Below the pieces are notes generated by a model, which made no database searches, had not been told where the DNA came from, and was given only the letters and a program-made list of their open reading frames with translations. Position numbers and translations under genes: made by a program. From a virus: DNA of 64,000 nucleotides. This document shows, in pieces, positions 21,982 through 32,496 of this stretch; positions within the stretch are counted from its first letter, which is position 1; every line of letters begins with the position of its first letter. The stretch lies in IMG/VR virus record IMGVR_UViG_3300042478_002320, positions 1 through 64,000 of that record; one strand, given 5' to 3'.

Positions 21982-22470
21982 ATGGAAAAATCTGAGGATT
22001 ACAATAGAATCTTAGAATATTATAAGCAACTAACAAAAGAATCAAAGTTAGATTTTACTAATACTCTTTTCAACATAGGATTAGATAAAGTAAATGTAAT
22101 ATTAGAAGATTCTTTAATGTCTGATGATGATTATGATTTGTTTTCAGAAAATATTAGTCACATATCGGATGAATTAGATGAGGATGATTTCATTGAATAT
22201 TCACCTGATGATGCTGATAGTATCTTAGACTTGAAGAGAGTAGATGATGATGTAAACAATGATATGTATGTCGTAATAGACATAGATAATAATATAATTC
22301 ATATATACTCTAATGATTTAAAAGATATTGAAAACTACAAATATGAAAATATATTTTTAAGAGGTATGTTTTTTGTAATAGATAAGGAATACATAAATAA
22401 TAAAGAATACAAATATTATGAGTGTGCTAAAATAATTGGTCAATTGGAACAAGATATTTGTTACAATTAG
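21982..22470 (+). CDS. Acidic hypothetical protein
   Basis: 162 aa, D/E-rich centre. Confidence 0.6.
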   Translation: MEKSEDYNRILEYYKQLTKESKLDFTNTLFNIGLDKVNVILEDSLMSDDDYDLFSENISHISDELDEDDFIEYSPDDADSILDLKRVDDDVNNDMYVVIDIDNNIIHIYSNDLKDIENYKYENIFLRGMFFVIDKEYINNKEYKYYECAKIIGQLEQDICYN

Positions 22471-22495
22471 ATATATTTATATATAAAAACAAATT

Positions 22496-22849
22496 ATGAG
22501 TAAAGAACTTCGAGAAATGATTGACAGAGTACGAAACTATAAAAAGTCTGTTAATGAATCCTATGATTTGGTTTCTCAATTTAAAGGAAATCATCATGGA
22601 AATCCAATGCCAAAAAATAAATATTTAAATTCATTAGGTTTAGATGAAGAAGGTATAGAAACTATTCAAATATGGATTAATCTTATGCAAGATGATAAAT
22701 CTTGGTTTAGTAAAACATATCCGAAAGGTTCGGCAGATTATGTGGACTTAATTTCATATATTTCAGAAAAAGTAAAAGATTTAAAATCATTTGTTAAAAA
22801 ATACAAATCAGTAAATCCTATAAAAGTCGTTAATTTTTTGAAGGACTAA
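22496..22849 (+). CDS. Putative internal head/late protein
   Basis: MSKELREMIDRV...VNES; TATTTATA at 22474-22481. Confidence 0.55.
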   Translation: MSKELREMIDRVRNYKKSVNESYDLVSQFKGNHHGNPMPKNKYLNSLGLDEEGIETIQIWINLMQDDKSWFSKTYPKGSADYVDLISYISEKVKDLKSFVKKYKSVNPIKVVNFLKD

Positions 22850-22957
22850 ATTATTATAAATAGTATTTAGTAATTATAGATTAGTATACTTATAGTATAT
22901 AATGATAGCCGAGCATTTTTATAACCGCCATCTTAGGAGGCACAAAACTAAAACAAA

Positions 22958-23380
22958 ATGATTAGAAAAGTTAATGAAATTCCATACAGCTCTATGGATG
23001 TCTTTTTAAAAAACTATTTTGATTCTAAAGATGATTTCTTTTCTGTAAAAGACAGTAAGATAAACTATCCTTTAGATTTAATCCAATCAGATGATGGATT
23101 ATTATTGCAAATAGCTTGTGTTGGTGCTGATCTTCAGGATATAAGCATAACAACAACTCTTGATACTCTCAGGATTAAATATGATAGACCTAAATTAGAT
23201 GATAACTACAATTATTTGATAAAATCAATAACACAAAAATCATTTGATTTGGGATATAAGGTTTCAGCTAAATATGATTTAGAGAAAATAGAAGCAAAAC
23301 TATCAAAAGGATTGCTAACTATTATGATACATTATAAAGAAAGTCAACAACCCAAATCAATAAATATTATTTCAGAATAA
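22958..23380 (+). CDS. hsp20: Small heat-shock protein (Hsp20/alpha-crystallin)
   Basis: YPLDL, IACVG...DISI, SF...., A.LSKGLLTI alpha-crystallin motif. Confidence 0.85.
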   Translation: MIRKVNEIPYSSMDVFLKNYFDSKDDFFSVKDSKINYPLDLIQSDDGLLLQIACVGADLQDISITTTLDTLRIKYDRPKLDDNYNYLIKSITQKSFDLGYKVSAKYDLEKIEAKLSKGLLTIMIHYKESQQPKSINIISE

Positions 23381-23402
23381 ACTAAAAGCTCGGCTATCTA
23401 TT

Positions 23403-25436
23403 ATGAAAACAAATACATTTATATTAAAATGCATTCAAAATGCTATACTTTCAGAAAAGTTAAACAAAACATCTAAAATTATAAAATTAATAGAAATATC
23501 TGAAAATCCTGAAAATAATATTAGTCCTAAAAAGAAATTTTGGATTAATACTCTATTAAGAATAGTGGCAGATGAATCTTATTATAAAGACATAAAAATA
23601 ACTAATATTAAGTGGGATGATGTTTTTAAATTGTATGATGATGATTATTCTCCACAAGAAGCATCAGCTATGTTAATACAAATGGATGAATCTATAAAAT
23701 CAAAATCTAAAAATATGTTAAATGAAAAAGATACGAATGAATACGAACCTATTGATATATCTTTTGACCTTAGCAAATTAAATACTAAAAGATATACTGA
23801 CTTTGAATTTTCTGATTTAATAGATTCTATAAACAGTACACGTGGTCTTAGTAAGAATATAGAAAAAAGATCAGATGGTACTTATGGATTTGTAGATATG
23901 ATTCATAAAAATAGTAAAGATGAGGAACTAAGAATACCTCGTATGCTATTGACACCTGATGCTACAAAGAGAAAAGATAGGGAAGGTGTTAATTTTGAAC
24001 CATCAAAATGGGATATAGTTATAGGTAGTAATATATTCAATACTAAAGCAGCTGCCGAAGATGCTCGTTCTAAAGCAATACTAAAAAGAAAAGACATTGC
24101 TCCTTATATTCATAATGATACAATTAAAAGTATTTCTGTATATGATGAGAAAGGTAATTTAATGAATGGAGAAATACTTGATGCAAGTGGTACTCCTTAT
24201 AATTTAGATAAATTAAGGTCTTTAATTATGAAAAGACCTGAAACATTGTTAAGTTTTAATGAGAAGTCAGAACATTCTACAGGAGGTACTGAGAAAGTAT
24301 TTAACTTAGGTTTACCTGCTTTGACAGGTTTGATTGTTGATGAGAGTGATCCTGAAAAGTCTTTCCATATCGTAAATACATGCCCAATGGCAGGAAGTTG
24401 TAAAGCTCACTGTTTTGCGATGAAAGGAGGTTATGTTCAGTTTGAATCACCTGCATTAAAGATGGTTCAGAAACTTAATTTTCTTATGAATGATCCTAAA
24501 GGTTTTCAAGCTAAATTAGTTAGTGAAATAAAATCTGAATACACCAAAATGAAATCAGATTTTAAAGATTCCACATGGCATTTATTGGTTAGATTTCATG
24601 ATTCAGGAGATTTTTTCAGTGATGATTATTCTAATTTAGCTTTAAATGTTTGTAGAATTTTTAGGGAAGGTACCTATAAAGAAAATCCTGTGTTATTCTA
24701 TGCTTATACAAAACAATTAGATGCTAAAGGTAAATTAGAAAAAGAGCCTAACTTTGTTATAAATTTCTCATTAGGTTCAAAACAAGGTTCTAAGATTGAC
24801 CCTAAAATCACAAAATTAGCAGCTGTAGTAGATGATTTACGATTGAATAAGATTACTCCTGATTTAAAAAATAAAATTGTATCATTTCTAAAAGATAATC
24901 CAAAAACAAGTAAGTATGTTATAGATTATATGAAAAATACTGCTAAATTACCTGATAAAGATAGAGTATCTAAGATTACAACATTATTAAATTCTATTAA
25001 GAGTAAAGATGCTAAAAGTTTAAAGAAATTATATGAAAGAGAAGTTGTTAATGTAAAAGATACTGCTTGGTTAAAATATGTTAAAAGGGTAAAGACAGGT
25101 AATTTAATTAAACAGTATGAAAAGAAAGATGGTAAGAAAGTGAAAGATAGTCAAGGAAATTATATTTCCAATATGGTAGATGAATACAAATGGGAATTTA
25201 TTTCAGATAGAGCTTGGAAACTCTTCCAAGACAGACTATATAATAGTTATAAAGATACATATGGTATAACTAAAGATAGTATCATAAAGTATTCAGATTG
25301 GGTTGAATTACCGAGAAGTGAATGGGCAGGGAAAGAGAATGTTGGTGTTTGGAACGTTGTCATCTTGCCCGGAATTGATGGTGACTTAGCTGCATCAAGA
25401 AGTGATGTACATATATCATTTTTATTAGTACATTAA
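23403..25436 (+). CDS. Gp88-like Fe-S/radical-SAM-like protein with long N-terminal extension
   Basis: TCPMAGSCKAHCFA (CX4CX3C), VRFHDSGDF, FYAYTK, NF.INFS. Confidence 0.65.
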   Translation: MKTNTFILKCIQNAILSEKLNKTSKIIKLIEISENPENNISPKKKFWINTLLRIVADESYYKDIKITNIKWDDVFKLYDDDYSPQEASAMLIQMDESIKSKSKNMLNEKDTNEYEPIDISFDLSKLNTKRYTDFEFSDLIDSINSTRGLSKNIEKRSDGTYGFVDMIHKNSKDEELRIPRMLLTPDATKRKDREGVNFEPSKWDIVIGSNIFNTKAAAEDARSKAILKRKDIAPYIHNDTIKSISVYDEKGNLMNGEILDASGTPYNLDKLRSLIMKRPETLLSFNEKSEHSTGGTEKVFNLGLPALTGLIVDESDPEKSFHIVNTCPMAGSCKAHCFAMKGGYVQFESPALKMVQKLNFLMNDPKGFQAKLVSEIKSEYTKMKSDFKDSTWHLLVRFHDSGDFFSDDYSNLALNVCRIFREGTYKENPVLFYAYTKQLDAKGKLEKEPNFVINFSLGSKQGSKIDPKITKLAAVVDDLRLNKITPDLKNKIVSFLKDNPKTSKYVIDYMKNTAKLPDKDRVSKITTLLNSIKSKDAKSLKKLYEREVVNVKDTAWLKYVKRVKTGNLIKQYEKKDGKKVKDSQGNYISNMVDEYKWEFISDRAWKLFQDRLYNSYKDTYGITKDSIIKYSDWVELPRSEWAGKENVGVWNVVILPGIDGDLAASRSDVHISFLLVH

Positions 25437-25525
25437 TATTGCTATATTAAACATAAATTCTATATCTTTAATAAATACACATAAAATAATTAATTAATTT
25501 TTAGTATCTTTACTAAAAAATTAAT

Positions 25526-26398
25526 ATGGCAATCGTATACGAACATTTAAGAAATGATACCAATGAGGTGTTTTATGTAGGTATTGGAAAAAATGACAAG
25601 AGAGCATATTCTAAATGTAATAGAAATCTGTATTGGCATAACACTGTAAATAAACATGGTTATACTATTAATATAATTCACAGAGATATCTCTTGGGAAG
25701 ATGCTTGTGAAATAGAAAAAGAATTAATAGCAAAATATGGAAGAAAAAACTTAGGATTAGGCAATCTTGTTAATCGTACTGATGGGGGGGATGGTATTTT
25801 GGGTCTTGTACATTCAGAAGAAACAAAACAGAAAATGAGTGAAGCAAAAAAGGGTGAAAAAAATTATTTGTTTGGTAAAACTCATTCAGAAGAAACAAGA
25901 CAGAAAATAAGTGAAGCACAAAAAGGTGATAAACATCATATGTTTGGTAAAACTCATTCAGAAGAAACAAGAAAGAAGTTAAGTGAAGCAAAAAAGGGTG
26001 AAAAACATTATATGTTTGGTAAAACTCGTTCAGAAGAAACAAGACAGAAAATAAGTGAATCACTAAAGGGTAAAACTCATTCAGAAGAAACAAAACAGAA
26101 AATGAGTGAAGCAAAAAAGGGTGAAAAAAATTATTTGTTTGGTAAAAATCTTTCAGAAGAAACAAGACAGAAAATAAGTGAATCACTAAAGGGTAAAATT
26201 CATTCAGAAGAATCAATACAGAGAATGAGTGAAGCAAGAAAGGGTGAAAAAAATCATATGTTTGGTAAAACTCATTCAGAAGGAACAAGACAGAGAATGA
26301 GTGAAGCAAGAATAAAATTTTTAGGACAAAAAAGATATACCTCGGCTCTTGCAAAACCGAAGAAGAAGCAGCTAAAGCATACCAAGATGCAAAATTGA
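25526..26398 (+). CDS. Free-standing GIY-YIG-type homing endonuclease with NUMOD3 repeats
   Basis: IVY.H...FYVGIG..R, E.ELI, N.TDGGDG, then about ten HSEETKQKMSEAKKG-type repeats. Confidence 0.85.
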   Translation: MAIVYEHLRNDTNEVFYVGIGKNDKRAYSKCNRNLYWHNTVNKHGYTINIIHRDISWEDACEIEKELIAKYGRKNLGLGNLVNRTDGGDGILGLVHSEETKQKMSEAKKGEKNYLFGKTHSEETRQKISEAQKGDKHHMFGKTHSEETRKKLSEAKKGEKHYMFGKTRSEETRQKISESLKGKTHSEETKQKMSEAKKGEKNYLFGKNLSEETRQKISESLKGKIHSEESIQRMSEARKGEKNHMFGKTHSEGTRQRMSEARIKFLGQKRYTSALAKPKKKQLKHTKMQN

Positions 26399-26432
26399 TA
26401 TATCATAAATAAATTGTATTATTTTTTGAAAG

Positions 26433-26981
26433 CTATAAATTCTTTACTTTACGTAAAGCACGATACAATTCTTTAGGATTATTTATATCCATTAAAACAT
26501 TGTCATCATATTCATCACCAATTAATTCTCTTTTAAGAACATTTAATTCATCATCTCCCAAGTATATAAAAGTTCCAACAAATTTATCATTTGTTTTTAC
26601 ATTCCAAACATAAGCACCTCCCCAATCAGCATTATTAGAAAATGGTTCTTTTTTTAAATGTTTAGATATAACTCTCATTAATTTATCTCTATTATATAAT
26701 AAGTCTTCATCATCTTCAAACTCATCATATAATAATTTATTACCATTATTATCAAAAGTAGAATCATCGTTACTTAACAACCAATTTTCTAAATCTTTGT
26801 CAATAGTATTAGTGCTTTTTTGTTTTAGATATATGTTCTCATCAGGAGTTAGACTTTGTTTACCACTCTTGGTAATTTTATCTAATAAGGTATCAACTAA
26901 TTCATTATTTTCTTTTAAAATATTATGTTTTATAAAAAATTCATTTATAACTTTTTTATGTATTTGATTATAATATTTCAT
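26433..26981 (-). CDS. Hypothetical late protein
   Basis: 182 aa; VDTLLDKITKSGKQSLTPDE motif. Confidence 0.6.
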   Translation of the reverse strand: MKYYNQIHKKVINEFFIKHNILKENNELVDTLLDKITKSGKQSLTPDENIYLKQKSTNTIDKDLENWLLSNDDSTFDNNGNKLLYDEFEDDEDLLYNRDKLMRVISKHLKKEPFSNNADWGGAYVWNVKTNDKFVGTFIYLGDDELNVLKRELIGDEYDDNVLMDINNPKELYRALRKVKNL

Positions 26982-27006
26982 ATTAGTATATGTTTTTCAT
27001 AATTAC

Positions 27007-27897
27007 CTAAACATTCCTTAGCATCTCCACCATCTTTGGATGCGGATAAATATCTGATTTATCTTTTCTCACATTAGTATGAGTTAGCATACCTCTAATT
27101 TTACCTTCCACAGCATCATTAAAGAAATCAAAAGCTATAGCGGGATCAAACTTTTTTAAAGTTTCTTTAATACCTTTAGTAATATCTATATTATCTCTTT
27201 CTTGAATATATTTTATTAATCTTCTACAAGATTCTATCTGTGCATCTGAATAACTGTGGTAGTATCTTGTTCCTCTAAAATTATATCCTAAATCTGTTAC
27301 ATACTTAGGATCTACTTTACCACCATATACTGTAAAGAAGTCATTTCCTTTTTTTGTAAGAAATCCATAATTACATATTTCAATACCTACAGAATGACTT
27401 TGCATAAATCTGTTTACATTTCCTAAATGAAATGCCCAATTACCTTCAGGATATGCTTGAACTATCTCTCCATTATATTTAGTATCTCCTGTCAGAGATA
27501 CTCCTCCTATGACAAATTCTGTGGCTATTCTACCTCTATCATCCCTACTCCATATATCTATAGTGTTGTATGGATTATGGGAACCCGCTGTATGATGTAG
27601 GAAAAGATATTTCTTTTCAGTTATTTGATTTACGTATTGTTTTTTAGGAATCCAAAACTTTATGATATTTAAATCATCATTTCTATTTTCTCTTAAATCT
27701 GTGCTATAGTCATCATCCAACAATTTATTAAATAAATCAGGAGTTACTACTCCATCAGGATGCATACCTACTTTAATTTGATAGTTTTTTACAGCAGCTT
27801 CTGTCATTCTACCATAGATCCCATCTACAGGGGTTAGGTCTAATGCAATTTGTATTTTTCTTACCTCATCTCCTTTTGATCCAAAACGATAGTACAT
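27007..27897 (-). CDS. N-acetylmuramoyl-L-alanine amidase with N-terminal PG-binding domain (endolysin)
   Basis: DGIYGRMTEAAVKNYQ PG-binding motif; LHHTAG, AFH, SVGIEICN, THTNVR.DKSD amidase_2 motifs. Confidence 0.85.
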   Translation of the reverse strand: MYYRFGSKGDEVRKIQIALDLTPVDGIYGRMTEAAVKNYQIKVGMHPDGVVTPDLFNKLLDDDYSTDLRENRNDDLNIIKFWIPKKQYVNQITEKKYLFLHHTAGSHNPYNTIDIWSRDDRGRIATEFVIGGVSLTGDTKYNGEIVQAYPEGNWAFHLGNVNRFMQSHSVGIEICNYGFLTKKGNDFFTVYGGKVDPKYVTDLGYNFRGTRYYHSYSDAQIESCRRLIKYIQERDNIDITKGIKETLKKFDPAIAFDFFNDAVEGKIRGMLTHTNVRKDKSDIYPHPKMVEMLRNV

Positions 27898-27921
27898 AGT
27901 TATTGTTTTTTATTATAAATA

Positions 27922-28731
27922 TTAGAACTTACCTAAAAATTCATTACTTAGATTATTTACAGCTCCCAAAACTTTTTGATCTGCATCACTTGAAGGATTT
28001 CTTAAATCTATATTTCTAAAATCAACTCCATAAATATTGGGTATGCTATTAGCCATATCAAATAAATCAGGAGTCAGTATGGATGAGTAGGTATCGGAAT
28101 ATGCATCTATCATAAAGTTTAGCATAGACGAATCTCCTTGATATACTATTGCACTCATTAAACTTATTTGTGATTTTATGACACTGTTTAGAGAGTTCAT
28201 AAAAGATGCAGCATTTATTCCTGAGTCCAAACTTTTGAATAAAAATCCTGACCATGGGGTTACTAAATAAGGTGGAGTTTTACTTATTCGTATTCCTATT
28301 ACGGTTGTTTTTTGTAGATACATGGATAGTGAAACGGCATCTACCCAAACTCTTGCTCCGTATCCAAAATTTGGGAAGAAGAATATATTCGTCCATATAC
28401 CGGGAAAGACAGTCACAATCGTAGCCAAAGGACTATCAATCACTCTCCCTGTCCAAAACAAAGTATGATCAATCGCCAATTGACTTGACAACAAATTACT
28501 CTCCGCATTAAAATTAAATCTATTCTGTGATGAGAATACAACAGATACAGCTTCGAAGATTTTTGGAATATCAGGTCTACCAATCAATCTACCTCCCGAA
28601 GATATATCAAAATGTAACTTGTATAAATTCTCAGCATATCTACCATGCCTACCTACTTTAACTAAATCAGCAAAATTATAAGTAGTTGGAGTATACTCAG
28701 CAATTAATTGTGCTTTGAATAAATTCCACAT
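27922..28731 (-). CDS. Hypothetical protein
   Basis: 269 aa ORF. Confidence 0.6.
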   Translation of the reverse strand: MWNLFKAQLIAEYTPTTYNFADLVKVGRHGRYAENLYKLHFDISSGGRLIGRPDIPKIFEAVSVVFSSQNRFNFNAESNLLSSQLAIDHTLFWTGRVIDSPLATIVTVFPGIWTNIFFFPNFGYGARVWVDAVSLSMYLQKTTVIGIRISKTPPYLVTPWSGFLFKSLDSGINAASFMNSLNSVIKSQISLMSAIVYQGDSSMLNFMIDAYSDTYSSILTPDLFDMANSIPNIYGVDFRNIDLRNPSSDADQKVLGAVNNLSNEFLGKF

Positions 28732-28733
28732 TA

Positions 28734-29303
28734 TTAAATTTTACGAGTAACAAATTCTAACAGTTTATTTACAATTTTAATTCTATCAGATTTATCAGCT
28801 TCAAATATAACCTTTTCAAAAGCTTCTTTCATTTTAGCTTTCTTAGCTTTACTTATTTCAATAGCAGCTAATTGTTTAAGTGCTTTATCTTTAGTATCAT
28901 GTGTACCCAAAACTTCATCACCTGATGAACTTAGCACTACCCAATTATTACCTTTCTTTTGTATTTTTTCAGAGATAGTCATAATTTTATTAGTAGTCGT
29001 AAAATTAGGTTTTTTTATAATTGTCTTTGCCGTAACTCCTTTTATCTTAGTACGTGTATCTGCCATAAATGGAACATGAATATTAGATTTTTTATCTCTT
29101 ACAACTATCTCAAAGTATTTCTTTAGAAAATCTAAGAATACATTCTTTTTTTCTCCTAATTTATCAAAAAAGGTAATAATTTCATCTTCATCTATACCTC
29201 TTTCTTTAGCTTGATCAAAGAAATGTTTTTCCATAGAAACATTAATAGGATCTAAATCTTCAGATGCTTTGTTCTTAATATTATTTTTATTTAATTCAGC
29301 CAT
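28734..29303 (-). CDS. Hypothetical late protein
   Basis: 189 aa; IQKKG..WVV....LGTH.TK.KALKQLAAIE motif; TATTTATA upstream. Confidence 0.6.
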   Translation of the reverse strand: MAELNKNNIKNKASEDLDPINVSMEKHFFDQAKERGIDEDEIITFFDKLGEKKNVFLDFLKKYFEIVVRDKKSNIHVPFMADTRTKIKGVTAKTIIKKPNFTTTNKIMTISEKIQKKGNNWVVLSSSGDEVLGTHDTKDKALKQLAAIEISKAKKAKMKEAFEKVIFEADKSDRIKIVNKLLEFVTRKI

Positions 29304-29340
29304 GGTATTTTATATATAAATAGTTTTAAATATTATTATT

Positions 29341-29997
29341 TTAAGAATGATAGGAGAAGTAGTTAGCATCTCCAAATCTTTTTGAATCTTCGTGAGTAGT
29401 CCTTGATGGATTATCTAAATCATTATATACTCTTAACCAATTTGCAGGTTCCAATTCAGATGGACTCAAGCTACTATCAATCCACTTTATCTTATTGTTA
29501 GGAGCACAACATAAAACTCCTGTAACTTCATCAAAGAAGTAATTCTTAGTCTTATGCTCATTCCATACTTCAGATTGTGAGTAGTTTATATTCTGATTAA
29601 AATTTTGAGGATCACAAGTCCATAGATAAGTTCCTGATAGTAATTTTCCACTTCTATTAGTCATTTCTACTTTTATGTTTTTAATAACATTGAAAGTAAT
29701 TAATTGCCAATCATTACCAATACAATCCCACCAAGCTACATCAGATTGTTTTATCTCTTCAAAATCGCTATATTTGAAATCTAAGGAAGGTTTATTAAAA
29801 ATGGCACATTGGTCTATCTTATCGTAAACAGCTCCCACAGAGGGGATATATGCTATGTACAGAGGGCTTCTATGAGATATAAATCTAATTCCTATTAATA
29901 CTCCAAAAATCAAATCATCTTTAGAATTATATACAGGATCTCCTGATAAATGTGATTTCCTAATATATACTTCCGTATATGGTGTATTTACTATCAT
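29341..29997 (-). CDS. Conserved hypothetical phage protein
   Basis: 218 aa; WWDC, EHK, APNNKI.W motifs. Confidence 0.6.
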   Translation of the reverse strand: MIVNTPYTEVYIRKSHLSGDPVYNSKDDLIFGVLIGIRFISHRSPLYIAYIPSVGAVYDKIDQCAIFNKPSLDFKYSDFEEIKQSDVAWWDCIGNDWQLITFNVIKNIKVEMTNRSGKLLSGTYLWTCDPQNFNQNINYSQSEVWNEHKTKNYFFDEVTGVLCCAPNNKIKWIDSSLSPSELEPANWLRVYNDLDNPSRTTHEDSKRFGDANYFSYHS

Positions 29998-30006
29998 TTA
30001 TTCTGT

Positions 30007-30723
30007 TTAGTTTAATTCAGTGTATCTAAAATTTCGAATAGTCATAGTACCTTCGTATATCTTATGGAGGATATGTTTATTGTATAAACTATTATTAATT
30101 ATGACATTCATCTTATGATTTTCAAATTTAGATAGAGTTAATTCATCATCCATAACTCGTATTAATGTATCATTTATATAGAATTTTATGCTATCATATA
30201 GCCAAACTACTGAATATTTGTTGAAATCTGTTATTGGGTTATTAGTAATAACATTAGGTATTCTTAGGGCATTGTCTAACTTTACTCCATTATTTCTAAT
30301 ATGTACATTAGTTTCTAATCTGTGTCTCTGTCCTTTTATAATTCTATTCCATAATGAAGTATTATACTTACCGTTAGCATCTGAATATCCTTCGAATACG
30401 TCTATTTCGGGAGGCCAATCAGACCAAGACCACATCCAAAATGCAGGCCAACTATATGGTAAGTCAGGTAGTTTTACTTCTAAATCAAATTTACCATAAC
30501 CAAATTGATGGGTACAGGATATTAGTCCTATACCCATCTGAGATTCTTCATCTAACTCTTCAAAATACTTAGGAGAATACTTACTTAGTAATACTACTTC
30601 GTTATCATTGTTTTGAACTACGCAAGTTTTATCATACCAAACATAAAATTTTTCAGGATGAACAGCTCCCCACCTTTCTTCAGTAATCCATTCATATCCG
30701 CAAAATTTTATATTTTCCATCAA
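30007..30723 (-). CDS. Glycoside hydrolase family 16 (beta-glucanase-like)
   Basis: WPAFW...WPPEIDVFE catalytic ExDxxE; F..Y...W...I.FYIND. Confidence 0.85.
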   Translation of the reverse strand: MMENIKFCGYEWITEERWGAVHPEKFYVWYDKTCVVQNNDNEVVLLSKYSPKYFEELDEESQMGIGLISCTHQFGYGKFDLEVKLPDLPYSWPAFWMWSWSDWPPEIDVFEGYSDANGKYNTSLWNRIIKGQRHRLETNVHIRNNGVKLDNALRIPNVITNNPITDFNKYSVVWLYDSIKFYINDTLIRVMDDELTLSKFENHKMNVIINNSLYNKHILHKIYEGTMTIRNFRYTELN

Positions 30724-30977
30724 TCTACAAATTCTTTAGCAAAATATTGTTTTAACTCCTCTAAATCTTTTAATTTATTACGCCATTGAGCGTCTTGTGT
30801 CGAGTATGTACCATCAGAATTCTTAACTACATTATCACTTTTTCTCCATTTATCAAAATCTTTTTGAATTTTAGGTGTCCATTTTTTTATATCCTTAACC
30901 TCAGTCAGAATACCTGCTAATTGCTGCATTCGTCTAACCTCGTTTAAGGTTACTTGTAATTTTTGTATTTTTTTCAT
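30720..30977 (-). CDS. Putative internal head protein
   Basis: LNEVRRMQQLAGILTE; TATTTATA upstream. Confidence 0.55.
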   Translation of the reverse strand: MKKIQKLQVTLNEVRRMQQLAGILTEVKDIKKWTPKIQKDFDKWRKSDNVVKNSDGTYSTQDAQWRNKLKDLEELKQYFAKEFVD

Positions 30978-31005
30978 AATATTTTTGTTTTATATAAATA
31001 GTTTA

Positions 31006-31482
31006 TTAATTATAAATAATGTTATCAAATTCAGAATTTGTTGGTTTTTCATAGCTATCTATAAAGCTATCTACAACATGTAGTGGAATACTTTTACCTG
31101 TTTCCACTTCTCTCTTTTTCAATCTACGTAATAATTCAGGTTTTGGAACATTGAATACTACGGCATTCTTTGTATATACATTAGGTATTTTACTTAATAT
31201 CATAGATCTTGAACGTCTATTCATATTAGTCATATCAACTACTATATCTTTATAGGATTGTATTGATTTAGCTATATGATTATTAAGTGCTACATTTACT
31301 TTTTTTTGTAACTCTGAGTTTGCAAATGATTCTGAATAGGATAGATTATACTCTTTACGCATATCGTCTAATATGTTATCTCTTGAGATTACTATTTCAT
31401 CTCCCACATTTTTTGAAACCCATGTACTCTTACCCGATGCAGGTGGGCCAACAAGGAATGTTATGGTTGGTCTTAAATTCAT
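31006..31482 (-). CDS. P-loop kinase (AAA_33 / polynucleotide-kinase-like)
   Basis: GPPASGKST, ISRD, VVDMTN...R, R..KR lid. Confidence 0.8.
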   Translation of the reverse strand: MNLRPTITFLVGPPASGKSTWVSKNVGDEIVISRDNILDDMRKEYNLSYSESFANSELQKKVNVALNNHIAKSIQSYKDIVVDMTNMNRRSRSMILSKIPNVYTKNAVVFNVPKPELLRRLKKREVETGKSIPLHVVDSFIDSYEKPTNSEFDNIIYN

Positions 31483-31488
31483 AATTAA

Positions 31489-32127
31489 TTAACTGTAATA
31501 ATTTTTAAATACATCCGTTGTCAAACCATAGTCTATAATAGCTAATTGTTCTTTACCATTTACTTTGATTAATCCGTATGAGTTTATGCGTCTCATATCA
31601 CTTGATGGTATATCAAAGTTTGCTATATAATCATAAACTCCACTTGTAAATTCGTTGTTCATAACTTCTTCTACTAAGTCTTGGTCAACTTTAAATTGAG
31701 GGCCTTTATTTCGATATGTTGAATCAGCTGATGTTAATACTTCTCCAAAGTCATCGAAGTCAATTCCTGTAATACGTTTAAAATCAGATTTTTTAACTTT
31801 TTTAGCTAAAGCCATTTCTAACCAAAGGAAATTCTCATGATAATCATATACAGGAGCTACAATATCAGTTAACATATAATCATCGCTATAATCAATTTCT
31901 ACTTCATTTTGAGCTAATCCTTTCTTATTTTTTGCAAGTTTTAATACTTTTTCATTGTCTATGAAATATACAATCCTCGATGAGCCTTGTGCTATTTTTT
32001 TAAGATGTTCATCGCAGTACTTTTTCCTACTTGCAAATGATTGTAATGTTTTAAAAAATTTCATATCAAAAGATTGTGGATAATCCTCAGATACTACACT
32101 TTCATAAATATTGGTTAATTTAATCAT
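31489..32127 (-). CDS. Protein-kinase-like fold protein
   Basis: GSSRIVY, VLKLA, QNEVE, D...NSYG, IIDYG. Confidence 0.65.
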   Translation of the reverse strand: MIKLTNIYESVVSEDYPQSFDMKFFKTLQSFASRKKYCDEHLKKIAQGSSRIVYFIDNEKVLKLAKNKKGLAQNEVEIDYSDDYMLTDIVAPVYDYHENFLWLEMALAKKVKKSDFKRITGIDFDDFGEVLTSADSTYRNKGPQFKVDQDLVEEVMNNEFTSGVYDYIANFDIPSSDMRRINSYGLIKVNGKEQLAIIDYGLTTDVFKNYYS

Positions 32128-32130
32128 ATG

Positions 32131-32496
32131 CTATACATTCAATCTATCTGATTCCTTTGATATTATAGAATTGCTTATAATGGAGTATAATTCTTTAAAT
32201 ACTTTAACTTTGTTATTATTAGGAATTTCATTTAGATACTCAGGATATTTATTAGATACTAATACTCTTCTTATCCATTTTTTTAATGGTTTTTCGTATT
32301 CTCCTGTATAAGCATCATTGTCTAATACTATTTCAGAATAAGCTTCATCTGATAGGCTATCTAAGTTTGTTTGTTTTTCTCTGAAGTCATCTCCTACTAA
32401 ATATAGTTCTAAATATTTAGTTACGTCAAACCAATCTTTTCTTATATCTATTTTTTCTAAAATAAGTTTCTTAGCTAATGTATTTAACTTAATCAT
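32131..32496 (-). CDS. Hypothetical late protein
   Basis: 121 aa; MIKL...LILE. Confidence 0.55.
   Translation of the reverse strand: MIKLNTLAKKLILEKIDIRKDWFDVTKYLELYLVGDDFREKQTNLDSLSDEAYSEIVLDNDAYTGEYEKPLKKWIRRVLVSNKYPEYLNEIPNNNKVKVFKELYSIISNSIISKESDRLNV

Noticed and set aside
25770-26354. 194-aa minus-strand repetitive ORF
   Set aside because: Antisense shadow of NUMOD3 repeats in the endonuclease.
25526-26398. Group I intron around the GIY-YIG gene
   Set aside because: Flanking genes are complete, the endonuclease is intergenic and no intron core structure was seen.
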